64,000 nt of DNA from an uncultured Candidatus Saccharibacteria bacterium (GCA_938046115.1 CALIXX010000002.1:4029-68028), one strand, 5' to 3'. Positions 44,611 to 55,211 are shown, counted from the stretch's first letter. Numbers and translations: made by a program. Notes: a model not told the origin generated them from the letters alone.

Positions 44611-45176
44611 ATTTCGACCCATCAACCTACAACGACCTTACCGTGACTGAATCACCAATTCCAGGGCTATTCGTCATCAAGCTGCCCGTCCATGGTGACA
44701 ACCGTGGGTGGTTTAAAGAAAATTACCAGAAGGAGAAGATGGAAGCGCTGGGACTACCTGCCTTGACCATTGTGCAAAACAACATTAGCTTTAATGACAA
44801 AGCTGGTGCAACACGTGGGCTACACGCCGAGCCCTGGAATAAGTTCATTAGTACCGCGAATGGCCGCGTGTTCGGTGCATGGTGTGATGTGCGCCAAGGC
44901 CCAACCTTCGGCCGCACATTCTCTGTAGAAATTAATCCTGGCACAGCGGTGTTTGTACCCAAGGGCGTGGCTAATGGTTACCAGACACTGGACGATAATG
45001 TGGCATATACCTACCTGGTTGACGCCCATTGGTCACCAGATGCGCAGTATACCTTTGTTAACCTCTTTGACCCAGCACTCGATATTGCGTGGCCACTCGG
45101 CAAAGATAAGGCGATCATCTCACACAAAGATGCTGCGCACCCACTCCTGCGCGACGTACAGTCAATGGAATTATAA
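44607..45176 (+). CDS. rfbC: dTDP-4-dehydrorhamnose 3,5-epimerase
   Basis: Cupin motifs HGDNRGWFKENY and TRGLHAEPW. Start at MNFDPSTY. Confidence 0.93.
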   Translation: MNFDPSTYNDLTVTESPIPGLFVIKLPVHGDNRGWFKENYQKEKMEALGLPALTIVQNNISFNDKAGATRGLHAEPWNKFISTANGRVFGAWCDVRQGPTFGRTFSVEINPGTAVFVPKGVANGYQTLDDNVAYTYLVDAHWSPDAQYTFVNLFDPALDIAWPLGKDKAIISHKDAAHPLLRDVQSMEL

Positions 45177-45193
45177 AAAGAAAGGAAGCGTGC

Positions 45194-46051
45194 ATGACAG
45201 ATTACACCTCTACCCTCATCATTGGTGCCAACGGGCAATTGGCCAAAGCAATGCAGCAGCAATACCCTAGCGCTCGGGCGATTGGACACAATGACCTCGA
45301 TCTCTGCAGCGCAGCAGCTATTGCGAACTTCGACTGGTCCGGTATTAAGACAATTATTAACACTGCTGCTTATACCAATGTTGACGGCGCAGAAACATCG
45401 GAGGGCCGCGCAGCAGCCTGGCGCATCAATGCCCAAGCAGTGGGACAGCTTGCTCGTATCTGCTCCGAGCGAAATATTACCTTGGTTCATGTGTCGAGCG
45501 ATTATGTTTTTGATGGTGAGACAGCACCACACACCGAAGATGAGCTATTTAGCCCCTTAAGTGTCTATGGTGCATCCAAAGCAGCAGGCGACATTGCCGC
45601 GAGCACCACACCACGGCACTATATTGTCCGCACCAGCTGGGTGATCGGCGACGGCAAAAACTTCGTGACAACGATGCTTGGCTTGGCCGCAAAAAATATC
45701 GCACCAACAGTGGTAGCAGACCAAATCGGCCGCCTGAGCTTCACGCCAGAAATTGCACGGGCGATTGACCACCTGGTAGAGAGCAAGACACCATATGGTA
45801 CCTACAATGTGACAAATAGCGGCCCACTAGTAAGTTGGGCAGACATCACGCGGCAGATCTTTGCCTTGGCAGGGCGCGATGACTTACCAGTGACAGATAC
45901 AACCACCGCCGAGTATTTCGCCAATAAGCCTGGCATCGCACCACGGCCGCTCAATAGTGACCTCAGCCTTGATAAACTCAATGCGACCGGCTTTGTCAGC
46001 CAAGACTGGCGCGAGGCACTACGTGAATATGTTGCTCTACATACTCATTAA
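45194..46051 (+). CDS. rfbD: dTDP-4-dehydrorhamnose reductase
   Basis: RmlD fold: IIGANGQL, HVSSDYVFDG, YGASKAAGD. Confidence 0.9.
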   Translation: MTDYTSTLIIGANGQLAKAMQQQYPSARAIGHNDLDLCSAAAIANFDWSGIKTIINTAAYTNVDGAETSEGRAAAWRINAQAVGQLARICSERNITLVHVSSDYVFDGETAPHTEDELFSPLSVYGASKAAGDIAASTTPRHYIVRTSWVIGDGKNFVTTMLGLAAKNIAPTVVADQIGRLSFTPEIARAIDHLVESKTPYGTYNVTNSGPLVSWADITRQIFALAGRDDLPVTDTTTAEYFANKPGIAPRPLNSDLSLDKLNATGFVSQDWREALREYVALHTH

Positions 46052-46203
46052 AGTAGTCCCTGGCTGTTTGTCATAGCTTTAGGATATCATCTCACGACGT
46101 GAATAATTTTGTTTGACTTCGTGCATTATCTAGAGTTACTAACTCTTTCGTACACTGTTATATATTCCCATTATCTTCGGTATTATGGTACTATTACTTT
46201 ATC

Positions 46204-46212
46204 TGGTATGAT
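46204..46212 (+). promoter_or_regulatory. Extended -10 (TGGTATGAT) upstream of rfbA
   Basis: It lies 33 nt upstream of the ATG. SD AAGGAG is at 46232-46237. Confidence 0.4.
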
Positions 46213-46245
46213 AAGTATATAGTTAGAACATAAGGAGTTTTACGT

Positions 46246-47097
46246 ATGAAAGGTATTATTTTGGCAGGTGGTTCGGGTTCGCGCCTGTGGCCGATTACTA
46301 AAGCAATTAGCAAACAGCTGATGCCTATTTATGACAAGCCAATGATCTACTACCCTCTCACTACACTGATGCAGGCAGGGATTCGCGACATTCTCATCAT
46401 CACGACCCCAGCTGACCAAGCAGGCTTCCAGCGCTTGCTTGGTGATGGTGCGCAGTGGGGTATCAATCTGCAATATGCCATTCAGCCCAGCCCCGATGGC
46501 TTGGCGCAGGCATTTATCATTGGTGAGGAATTTATTGGTAACGACAAGGTGGCGCTCGTCTTGGGTGACAATATATTCTACGGCGCAGCGCTTGATGACT
46601 CACTGCGCGCCTGCACCGACCCAGATGGCGGTGTGGTTTTTGCTTACAAAGTATCTGACCCAGAGCGGTATGGCGTTGTAGCTTTTGATGATAACAATCA
46701 TGCGGTATCGATTGAAGAAAAGCCCGCCCAACCTAAGTCGAACTTCGCAGTAGTGGGACTCTATTTCTACGACAATGATGTGATAGAAATTGCGAAGAAT
46801 GTCCAGCCAAGCGACCGTGGTGAGTTAGAAATTACCTCTGTGAATGCTGAGTATCTGCGTCGCGGCAAACTAAAGGTCCAGACACTAGACAACGGCGATG
46901 TATGGCTTGATACTGGGACGATTAGCAGCCTGACCGATGCTGAGGACTTTGTGCGCGTTGTACAGAATCGCACCGGCCAAGTCGTTGGCAGCCCCGAAAA
47001 GACTGCGCACACCAATGGCTGGATCACTGACGAGCAGCTTACCGAACTTGCTGCACCGTTAAAAAAATCAGGCTACGGAAATTACCTCTCGGCGTAG
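46246..47097 (+). CDS. rfbA: Glucose-1-phosphate thymidylyltransferase
   Basis: [35 protein letters not shown]. Confidence 0.95.
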   Translation: MKGIILAGGSGSRLWPITKAISKQLMPIYDKPMIYYPLTTLMQAGIRDILIITTPADQAGFQRLLGDGAQWGINLQYAIQPSPDGLAQAFIIGEEFIGNDKVALVLGDNIFYGAALDDSLRACTDPDGGVVFAYKVSDPERYGVVAFDDNNHAVSIEEKPAQPKSNFAVVGLYFYDNDVIEIAKNVQPSDRGELEITSVNAEYLRRGKLKVQTLDNGDVWLDTGTISSLTDAEDFVRVVQNRTGQVVGSPEKTAHTNGWITDEQLTELAAPLKKSGYGNYLSA

Positions 47098-47112
47098 TAT
47101 AATAATACCAAT

Positions 47113-47832
47113 ATGAAAACGAATACCAAGACAGTCTGTGTGATCGTCCCAGCCTACAACGAAGCGACGGTCATCAAGGACGTGATCAAACAATCCAAGC
47201 GAGTCTTTGCCAAAGCCAAGGCAGCCGGCTATACGATCGACGTTGTGCTGGTAAATGATGGATCGAAGGACGACACACTCACTCAAGCTAAAAAAGGCGG
47301 CGCCATCACGATCGATCATATCCTTAACTCTGGTGCGGGCGGCGCAACCTTAACTGGTCTGTCGTATGCTCGACAGCATGGATATGACATTGCCGCCACG
47401 ATGGATGCCGATGGCCAGCACGCGCCAGAGGATGTGTTGGCAGGTATCGCGCAGATCGATGAGCGCCAGGCTGATCTACTCATTGGTAGTCGCCTCATCG
47501 ACAGCACGGGCATGTCCAAGACAAAAGTGCTCGGCAATAAAGGCTTGAGTCTTATCACCAAATTCTTATTTGGCATTAATGTGACAGATTCACAGTCTGG
47601 CCTACGTATTTATTCGCGCCGCGCTATTGATGACCTTGATTGGAAGTCAACCGGTTACGAATTTTGCTCGGAGATGATCTGGCGTGCCAAGCAAGCGGGG
47701 ATGACAATCGGTGAATATCCAATCAAGGCAATTTACACCGACTATTCCCGCGCCAAAGGTCAAAACAACTGGAATGCCATCAATATCGTCAAACGCTTAT
47801 TCAAACAACGCTTAACGGAGCTCTTCGAATGA
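47113..47832 (+). CDS. GT2 polyprenyl-phosphate glycosyltransferase (DPM1/GtrB-like)
   Basis: VIVPAYNE, VNDGSKDDT, MDADGQH. TATAAT at 47098-47103 lies 9 nt upstream of the ATG. Confidence 0.85.
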   Translation: MKTNTKTVCVIVPAYNEATVIKDVIKQSKRVFAKAKAAGYTIDVVLVNDGSKDDTLTQAKKGGAITIDHILNSGAGGATLTGLSYARQHGYDIAATMDADGQHAPEDVLAGIAQIDERQADLLIGSRLIDSTGMSKTKVLGNKGLSLITKFLFGINVTDSQSGLRIYSRRAIDDLDWKSTGYEFCSEMIWRAKQAGMTIGEYPIKAIYTDYSRAKGQNNWNAINIVKRLFKQRLTELFE

Positions 47833-48188
47833 GATACTTTGCCCTTGTCTTGCTCAATGTGCCAATTATTCTCTTGGCGCTCGTCAATATCATCACCCAA
47901 TATAAATTACGCAAGATCACTATCACTCGTCTGCGCCACCAGGTGGTGATGTGGCTGGTGGTGATGGCAGTGCTGCTAAGCTGCTTCCCGCTGTATAATA
48001 TTTCGATTGGCCACCCACCGTTTGATTCGTCGGAGTTAAGTTTGTTTGATATTGTCCAGACGACAGCGATTGTGTTACTCTTCTACATCGTCAACACGCA
48101 GCGCCAGCGGATCGACCAAAACGAACGCCGCGTGCGCGACCTCCATCAAGAATTGTCAATTAAACTCTCGGCTCATGACAAAAAATAG
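47829..48188 (+). CDS. Small membrane protein, DUF2304-like
   Basis: 119 aa with three TM helices plus a charged C-terminal helix. It overlaps both flanking GT2 genes, an arrangement I associate with DUF2304 in rhamnan loci. Confidence 0.5.
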   Translation: MRYFALVLLNVPIILLALVNIITQYKLRKITITRLRHQVVMWLVVMAVLLSCFPLYNISIGHPPFDSSELSLFDIVQTTAIVLLFYIVNTQRQRIDQNERRVRDLHQELSIKLSAHDKK

Positions 48189-48990
48189 ATCACTCGATAT
48201 CGTCATCCCCTACTGGGGCGAATTCACTCTCCTCAAAGAAGCAGTTGACTCTGTCTTGGCTCAGACGAGCGATGACTGGCACCTAACCATCCTCGACGAC
48301 CACTACCCATCGACCGAAGCGCGCGATTATTACACAAAGCTCACCGACCCACGCATCACCTATATCCGACACAAGAAAAACCTCGGCATTACCAATAACT
48401 TCAACTTTGCCGTCCAGTACGTAACAGCATCGCACTGTATGATTGTGGGGTGCGATGATCGGCTCTTGCCGGAGTGCGTAGCAGTAGCACTACAGACAAT
48501 TGGTGAGGCAGATTTTTATCAGCCAGGAGTGCAAGTGATTAATGATAAGGGGCAACTATATCTCCCATTGGTTGACCGTGTTAAGCGATTTTTGCAACCT
48601 TATACATCAGGGCTTTACTCGGGCGAAAAACTTGCAACGTCTCTGAGCCATGGCGACTGGCTCTACTTCCCATCGATTGTCTGGAAGACAGCGACGCTCA
48701 AGCGGTATTCCTTTGACGCGACGTATACTATACTAGAAGATCTTGTCTTGGTGTTTGATTTTATTCTTGACGGAGCGGTACTTGCTTTTGATCAGACTGA
48801 GACATTCCAATACCGACGCTTTGCCCAGTCGCTCTCAAGCAAAGAAAAGTCAAAGGACGGCGTGCGCTTTGCAGAAGAAAATGCAGTATATAATAGCTAT
48901 GCTCAGCGCTTCGCATCGGTTGGCTGGCATAAAGCCGCTCGGGCGGCGCGACTCCATATTACGTCACGCATTCATCAGTTGTTGTCGTAG
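48175..48990 (+). CDS. GT2 glycosyltransferase
   Basis: LDIVIPYWGE ... ILDDHYPS ... GCDDRL. Start moved to MTKNRSLD. Confidence 0.8.
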   Translation: MTKNRSLDIVIPYWGEFTLLKEAVDSVLAQTSDDWHLTILDDHYPSTEARDYYTKLTDPRITYIRHKKNLGITNNFNFAVQYVTASHCMIVGCDDRLLPECVAVALQTIGEADFYQPGVQVINDKGQLYLPLVDRVKRFLQPYTSGLYSGEKLATSLSHGDWLYFPSIVWKTATLKRYSFDATYTILEDLVLVFDFILDGAVLAFDQTETFQYRRFAQSLSSKEKSKDGVRFAEENAVYNSYAQRFASVGWHKAARAARLHITSRIHQLLS

Positions 48991-49331
48991 CTAATGCAAT
49001 TTGACTATCCTCTAATCTCTATAAAATAGAGGTTATTTTGTGAGCAAATTAGTGTCTCTTTGCTCTTGTACCACTGTATGGTAGAGCTTGAGAATACATT
49101 CATTAGCAGCAATTCGCTTATTATTTTTCTCTATTAGCTCATTCCAGTTTCATTATAGATGAGATAATGGACGCGAAAACCGGTTTTCACTTTTATAAAA
49201 CACTTTTTTATATTTTTATATCGAGAAATTTTAGAATAACACGCTGTTTTGAGTAATATACATGATAGTAAGAGCATAGAAAATTGACGCTATTCCACAT
49301 CAAGAAATACTACCCTTTGCAGCGCACGACA

Positions 49332-49366
49332 AAACCAGCTCGATTTCCTCGAGCCGGTTTGTTTTA
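49332..49366. terminator. Hairpin terminator at the end of the GT8 gene (possibly bidirectional)
   Basis: AAACCAGCTCGA-TTTCC-TCGAGCCGGTTT (one mismatch), followed by GTTTTATT on the plus strand and TTTTG on the minus strand. Confidence 0.4.
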
Positions 49367-49375
49367 TTATATACG

Positions 49376-50404
49376 CTACCTCACGTTTGCTTCAGTAGTC
49401 TCGGTTTTTTCTTTATCGACCTCGGCAAATTTGCGCTCCACTGCCATGATGTATAGCTGCATAAAGATTGGGCGAGGTAAGACATCATACAGATACCACA
49501 CCAGTGTTTTCTTGGCATGCGGAAGCTCGGTGTTTTTCCACGGAGTGAGTGCAAAGTACTTTTGCCACAACAGCCGGTTCGGGTGCTTGTTGCCAACTTC
49601 CCACGGTTTGCCCTGAATGCCATAGAGCGAGTGAATAATCTTGGGACTATAGTAGTTGGTCATAATCTCGTCGTAGCTATAGAAATACGGCTGCTTAAGA
49701 TTATTAATGCGCAGCAGATCTTGCGGCCGATAAGCATAAAACGCACTAGAGAAATTGTAGGCGATATCGAGCGTCTTAATCTGCCCTCGGAACATAACAT
49801 TACAGAGGTCTTGATCGGCAATGACATAGTCACTTTTCTTCGACAGGTGCTCAACGACTTGACTCGATACATCATCCTTGAGCCATTTTTTGTGATTGAT
49901 AAGCATGATACCACAGTTATAGTAACCATCGGTGGGCTGGAGGCCAATCGTTGCTTTGTGCTGATTAGTGAGCGTATCGTAAGCCAGTGCCATGATATTT
50001 TTCTCAAAATCAAGCTCCAGTAAACCATCAAGTGAGCTGGTAATGATCGTGTGTGGGTTGAGGTAGAGCACACGATCGGTCTTGATTTCAAGATCGGCCA
50101 GTGCTAGCATCTTGAGCCACGTCACATACACGCCATGCCACGGCTTGACGCCTAGCTTCTGTAATTTCTTGTGGTACGCGTTGGGATTGATAAATGTTAA
50201 ATAGGCGTTGGGGTATTTTTCAACCAACTTCTTGAGACGGTCCTTGCTTTGTTTGCTCAGCTTATACCCACAATAAAAAATATGAATCTCGTCGAGCGTC
50301 TTGTTATTCTCGAGCAGTGATGCGATCGAAATCGCACTGACCACTGCATAGTTATCGTCACTCTGATACAAGACATTTAAGATTTTCTTTTTGACTCTGG
50401 GCAT
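49376..50404 (-). CDS. GT8 family glycosyltransferase
   Basis: NVLYQSDDNYAVV, ADQDLCN, HSLYGIQGKPWE (GT8 HxxGxxKPW-type motif). SD AAGGAGAG lies upstream. Confidence 0.8.
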   Translation of the reverse strand: MPRVKKKILNVLYQSDDNYAVVSAISIASLLENNKTLDEIHIFYCGYKLSKQSKDRLKKLVEKYPNAYLTFINPNAYHKKLQKLGVKPWHGVYVTWLKMLALADLEIKTDRVLYLNPHTIITSSLDGLLELDFEKNIMALAYDTLTNQHKATIGLQPTDGYYNCGIMLINHKKWLKDDVSSQVVEHLSKKSDYVIADQDLCNVMFRGQIKTLDIAYNFSSAFYAYRPQDLLRINNLKQPYFYSYDEIMTNYYSPKIIHSLYGIQGKPWEVGNKHPNRLLWQKYFALTPWKNTELPHAKKTLVWYLYDVLPRPIFMQLYIMAVERKFAEVDKEKTETTEANVR

Positions 50405-50420
50405 GGCCTGCCTCTCTCCT

Positions 50421-51278
50421 TTATTCCACCGCTGCTATGTTTTTTACGTAGTTTTCCAGTAATGGCTGATAGCTCTCACTGATGAATCCGGTGTTGTGCA
50501 ACTTCGACAAATTCATATCACTATACATTGGTCGAGGTGCAAACGGAATCTTGTCTTTACTATACTCTTGTGTTGACACTTTTACAACCCTATCGCGATC
50601 GTGCCCCGCATATTCGAATACATCCTCGGCAAGCTCTGCCCATGACTTGATTGGTCCGGAGTTAGACACGTGATACAAACCATACTCTGCCTTGGTGTCT
50701 AGCAAGTGCTTGGTAGCACGCGCTATCTCCGACGCAAAGGTTGGCCGACCATATTGATCATCCACAACCTTGGGATTAATGCGCATGTCAGCCAGGCGCT
50801 TCATCGTCCGCGGGAAGTTATGCCCATCACCAATCACCCACGAAACACGTAGCACATAATGACGTGGCGCAAGGCTAACTAGTAGATCCCCTGCTGCCTT
50901 GACATCACCATAGACCGACAGTGGTGAGAGCGACTCATCCTCACCGTGGTTTTTGTTCGTCCCATCAAAGACATAGTCAGATGAGTAGTGCACCAGTGTA
51001 ATATCATGCTCCAGTGCTACCTTGACAAGGTTGCGCGGGCCAACAGCATTAACCTGCCACGCTTTGGTACGGCCATCACGCGTTTCGGATCCATCCGCAT
51101 TGACGAACGCCGCTGCGTTGATAATGACATCCACACCCGACCAATCATACCCAAGCACCTGCTCTTCATCAGCAATGTCGAGCTGCTGGTGACCTAGCGC
51201 TGTCGCCTTTGGATATACCTCCTGAAGCGCCCGCCCCACTTGGCCATTACAACCCAATATTACAATCCCCTTGCTCAT
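50421..51278 (-). CDS. Second RmlD-family dTDP-4-dehydro-6-deoxyhexose reductase (rfbD paralog)
   Basis: Same length (285 aa) as rfbD at 45194 and alignable throughout: HYSSDYVFDG, YGDVKAAGD, WVIGDGHNF. Roughly half the residues are identical by eye. Confidence 0.85.
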   Translation of the reverse strand: MSKGIVILGCNGQVGRALQEVYPKATALGHQQLDIADEEQVLGYDWSGVDVIINAAAFVNADGSETRDGRTKAWQVNAVGPRNLVKVALEHDITLVHYSSDYVFDGTNKNHGEDESLSPLSVYGDVKAAGDLLVSLAPRHYVLRVSWVIGDGHNFPRTMKRLADMRINPKVVDDQYGRPTFASEIARATKHLLDTKAEYGLYHVSNSGPIKSWAELAEDVFEYAGHDRDRVVKVSTQEYSKDKIPFAPRPMYSDMNLSKLHNTGFISESYQPLLENYVKNIAAVE

Positions 51279-51644
51279 ATACCCTCCTTTGTTTCCGCTA
51301 TTATAGCACAGTTAGCGTAAGCTTTTTGAAATATATGAAATCGTATGGTCGATGTGAGACAAAAATACACTAGAGAGTCGTTCTAACACTGTTAAAAAAT
51401 CATATAAATTTCTCAACCACCCGAGTCACTGTAATCAATTTCACCTAGTAATGAGCCAAAGATCTGAATCTCAAAATCTCTTTTTTATTACTAGCTAGAG
51501 TTCCACTTTTTTATCACGTCATCAGGTAGGGTGTAAGGTCGATGTTTCAGTTTGTCCAGGGCAAGAAGTCGGTGTCTCGTAGATCCAACCCTTTTAGTAC
51601 TCCGTTGGAGGGAGTGTGGGGAGGTAGAAATTATCCCACTCCTA

Positions 51645-52871
51645 CTACATAGCCATGGAGCGCAGCTGCCGGCGATAAACCACCGCGAGCAGCACCGCTT
51701 GGATAATGCCTGCCACCATAAAGCACAGCACACTGCCCAGCATCGCATAGTGTTGCACCACGCTATATGACACGACTGTGAGTACAATGTTACTCAGCAA
51801 AAGTATATAAAACTGCCCCTTAAATTCGCGCAGCACAGTGAGGATATTGATATAAATCGACACCAGCGCATTGGCCACCGCCCCTACCACCATGATGAGC
51901 AGCTCGGTGCGATAATCGGTGATGCGCGCATTGAAGACGAGCGTAAGAAGCGGCGCTCCAACCAGCCACGTTGCAATGAGCGTCAGCGCACTAATCCCCA
52001 AGACAATAAGGATAATCTTGCTCACCAAAGCATGGAACTCGAGGCGCTTCTGCTGATGATAGAGCTCCGACAACTGCACGATATTAGGCTGGATAATGAA
52101 GGTAATGAATAGTGAGAGCAAGGTGATGGGCATGGCCATAATACCAAAATACGCGATCTCGTGCGTGTGGAATGTATCGAGAAAATAGCGCGGAATATTA
52201 AGCGAAAACATCGTCAAAAATGTGGTAAGGAACACTGGTGCGCAGCGCCGCATGATCATGCCAACATGACGCAGCTTAGGCACGAGATGATCGATATGGG
52301 GCTGGATAGATTCGTACCGCTGTACCTGTTGCCAATCATACAACACAAGCATGAGAGTATTAACCGCCACAATTGCCACCACCCCCCACAGCACACTATG
52401 CACAAGCATATCAACGAGCAAAAATGCCACAAAGCCTCCTACCGCCTTGATCGTAAGCGAATAGCCAACGACGTAGAGTCTGTGGTGAATCTGCAGCACA
52501 CCATAGAGTGCGTCGGCCACTGCCTCCAGCGCCTTGAAGAGTACGAGCGCGATGATGATACTCGACTTCACGACATCATAGTGATTTGCCGCGCAAAACA
52601 GCACCGCACCCACCATCATCACGATCGACGTCACGAGCTTAACGGCAAGGTAGCTGCTACTACGAAACTCTTTGCGCACATCCGACACCTGATAGGTGCG
52701 CCCACCCCACAAGCCAATCGCCCAAAACACCACCGAGAGCGACAGCGCAAAGGAAAAAACCCCCGAGTCCGCAATGCCATTCAGCCGCGTAATAAGCAGC
52801 AGGAGCGCCGGCGAGATGGCGCTTTGCAAAAAAGATCCGATGGAGTTCCAGATATAATTTTTAGATTGCAT
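51645..52871 (-). CDS. Polysaccharide flippase (Wzx / MOP superfamily)
   Basis: 408 aa with about 12 TM helices and the N-terminal NSIGSFLQSAISPALLLLITR pattern typical of polysaccharide biosynthesis (PST) proteins. Confidence 0.78.
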   Translation of the reverse strand: MQSKNYIWNSIGSFLQSAISPALLLLITRLNGIADSGVFSFALSLSVVFWAIGLWGGRTYQVSDVRKEFRSSSYLAVKLVTSIVMMVGAVLFCAANHYDVVKSSIIIALVLFKALEAVADALYGVLQIHHRLYVVGYSLTIKAVGGFVAFLLVDMLVHSVLWGVVAIVAVNTLMLVLYDWQQVQRYESIQPHIDHLVPKLRHVGMIMRRCAPVFLTTFLTMFSLNIPRYFLDTFHTHEIAYFGIMAMPITLLSLFITFIIQPNIVQLSELYHQQKRLEFHALVSKIILIVLGISALTLIATWLVGAPLLTLVFNARITDYRTELLIMVVGAVANALVSIYINILTVLREFKGQFYILLLSNIVLTVVSYSVVQHYAMLGSVLCFMVAGIIQAVLLAVVYRRQLRSMAM

Positions 52872-52881
52872 AATCTTATTT

Positions 52882-52890
52882 AGTATACCA
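52882..52890 (-). promoter_or_regulatory. Extended -10 (TGGTATACT) 10 nt upstream of the flippase ATG
   Basis: The minus strand reads TGGTATACT-AAATAAGATT-ATG. Confidence 0.4.
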
Positions 52891-52947
52891 CTGGTTGATT
52901 ATTTCTCGCGATTTAGACCATAATTTGCTCTGTTGTGATTTGTGCTC

Positions 52948-52953
52948 TATAAT
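52948..52953 (+). promoter_or_regulatory. -10 box TATAAT 10 nt upstream of the ATG at 52964
   Basis: CTCTATAAT-CAGGCGTGTT-ATG. Confidence 0.4.
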
Positions 52954-52963
52954 CAGGCGTGTT

Positions 52964-54403
52964 ATGAAGAAATATTGGGCATTATTCGAATCATTTATTG
53001 CACGGCCAGAGCGAGTCTTTCTTTCGCTGTGTTTGCTATTTGGCGTGTTGTCGGCGTTTTTCGTGCCGCAGCTGTCGGTGAGTGATGAAAATATGCACTA
53101 CTTGCGGGCGTATGCGCTGGCAGATGGGCGCTTAGAATCCAAGCGCTGTACCTACCCAGCGGACGTTAATGGCCGGGCATCGTCAGTGTATCATGGCAAC
53201 ATCAGCGCTGATTATTCGCGCCCCATCAACCGCTCAGATCTCAAGACAACAAGCAAATGCAACAGTGCTGTGGGCTACGCACCCATTATGCATGCGCCGC
53301 AAACGCTTGGTATTTTTATTGCTAATCTCTTCAATGGGTCGACAGGCCTAACGATTCTCTTTGGGCGGATTGCAAACTTGCTGTTCTACGCGCTGAGTGT
53401 ATTTTTCATTATCAAGTGGGTGCGCATTGGTAAGTGGGTCTTTGCAGTAGTGGGGCTGCTACCACTGATGGTTCATCTCGCTGCTTCGCTCTCGAGTGAT
53501 GTCATGACGAATGTGGCGATATTCCTCATTACCGCCCTGACTCTCAATCTCTACACCCAAGAAACACCCATCCGCCGCAAGCAAGTTGCTGGCCTCTTAG
53601 CTATAGCGGCACTGCTAGCACTGACCAAGGCGGTTAATGGTTTGCTGCTCTTTCCACTGCTGTTTTTGCCAAAGCGACTCTTCATCCCAAACACCAAGCT
53701 ACCCAAGCTACCATCACTTTTCAAGAAGCTCCCCTTCAACCTGCACAAGTGGGCGCTGATCGCGGGCGCTGGCATCGTGTCGCTGGCGGCACTGCTCATC
53801 TGGCAAAAGATCTATGATGGTGCGCTCCTTTCATCTGGTGCAGCCGATAATCCACTGCATCATAATCCACTCGGGTTTATCCGTATCCTCTTTAATACCT
53901 ACATCAATCCAAACATTGGCTACACCGACATCGTGGTACGTGGTAGTGTGGGCGACTTCTCAAGCTTCAAATATCACCTGCCGCTCTTTGTTTTGATCCC
54001 ACTCTTTCTACTGGTCTTTCTTGCACTCATCAAGCGCGATAAGGCTGAGGAGCAAGCGCTCGCACCAGCTGCTGGTCGATTAGCCGCGGCCAACCTCACC
54101 ACTATTGCCGTCTTTATCGCGGCGGTTTCATACGCGATGTACACCGCCTGGGCGCTACTACCAATTCGCTTTGGTGCTGGTGCATACTACGCCGATGGAG
54201 TGCAGGGGCGTTACTTTACGGCACTACTCGTGCTCCTCATCCCCTGTGGGGTGTGGCTACGCAAGTATATTTGGTTCCATACTGCCTCGGCTAAGGTGTT
54301 TCACGCCCTTATATTCTTCGGCTGCGGGGCAATTTTGCTGTACTATACCTTTGGCACCTACTGGGCTTACCACGCGCCGATACCGGTACCACCGGTGGCA
54401 TAA
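52964..54403 (+). CDS. Polytopic membrane protein, DUF2142-like (GT-C-like candidate)
   Basis: About 480 aa with many TM helices and an early extracytoplasmic loop bearing DENMHYLRAYA. Family assignment comes from memory of rhamnan loci. Confidence 0.55.
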   Translation: MKKYWALFESFIARPERVFLSLCLLFGVLSAFFVPQLSVSDENMHYLRAYALADGRLESKRCTYPADVNGRASSVYHGNISADYSRPINRSDLKTTSKCNSAVGYAPIMHAPQTLGIFIANLFNGSTGLTILFGRIANLLFYALSVFFIIKWVRIGKWVFAVVGLLPLMVHLAASLSSDVMTNVAIFLITALTLNLYTQETPIRRKQVAGLLAIAALLALTKAVNGLLLFPLLFLPKRLFIPNTKLPKLPSLFKKLPFNLHKWALIAGAGIVSLAALLIWQKIYDGALLSSGAADNPLHHNPLGFIRILFNTYINPNIGYTDIVVRGSVGDFSSFKYHLPLFVLIPLFLLVFLALIKRDKAEEQALAPAAGRLAAANLTTIAVFIAAVSYAMYTAWALLPIRFGAGAYYADGVQGRYFTALLVLLIPCGVWLRKYIWFHTASAKVFHALIFFGCGAILLYYTFGTYWAYHAPIPVPPVA

Positions 54404-54635
54404 GAGAAAATTTCGGTGCTAGCATTAGGGGGTTGATGTTTATAGAGAAGCAGTACTCTTTGTGGTGTCTTGAATGAGAGGGTGATACAAACAGAGCGAT
54501 ACGAGAATTGGTAAGGTTCTGATATGCCATTGAGAAGATAGGATTATATAAGGATTTTTTGATATTCTATCTTCCACCTTCCCCTTTCATGACGCTTATG
54601 CTATAGTGACATGGAACACTAATAGCACAAGCATT

Positions 54636-55211
54636 ATGAAATTATTACGTACTCTATCCAAAAAACGTCTCACGCTCATCATTAGTATTGGCATTGCGCT
54701 CATCACCGCCGGCAGCTATGGTGCCTATATCGCAACGCGCCCCGCCTCGCTACCACCCCTGTCAGACGAGCCAACGCCAGCCCAAAAACAAACACAGCAC
54801 AAGACCGATGCCGCCACGAAAGAATCATTTTTAGACAGCAACACAAACCACGACACGAACACTACCAAAGACACCTCACAGCAGCGCACCACCCAGGCTC
54901 AGCCCGCGCCAGTCCCAACCTCAGCGAAGCATATTGAGCTCTCTGCTGAGCAGTCAGGCGAAACGGTTGTTGTGACTACTAAGCTAAGAGAACAAGGCTT
55001 TTCCTCTGGTCAGTGCGTGCTGACGATCACTAGTAGCGAGCAGCGCTCCGAGCAGCACGCTGCCATCATCTACCAACCAGAATATTCCACCTGTGCTGGT
55101 TTCTCTGTGCCCGCCCGATCATTGCCCAAAGGTACGTGGCATATCTCTCTCGCTGTCACGCCGCTTGGTGGCAAGACACTCACGAAGACACTTGATACGG
55201 AGATTCGCTAG
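54636..55211 (+). CDS. Hypothetical membrane-anchored/secreted protein
   Basis: N-terminal signal-anchor LTLIISIGIALITAGSYGAYI, a T/Q/P-rich linker and a small C-domain. Its stop abuts the ATG of the ChW gene. Confidence 0.45.
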   Translation: MKLLRTLSKKRLTLIISIGIALITAGSYGAYIATRPASLPPLSDEPTPAQKQTQHKTDAATKESFLDSNTNHDTNTTKDTSQQRTTQAQPAPVPTSAKHIELSAEQSGETVVVTTKLREQGFSSGQCVLTITSSEQRSEQHAAIIYQPEYSTCAGFSVPARSLPKGTWHISLAVTPLGGKTLTKTLDTEIR

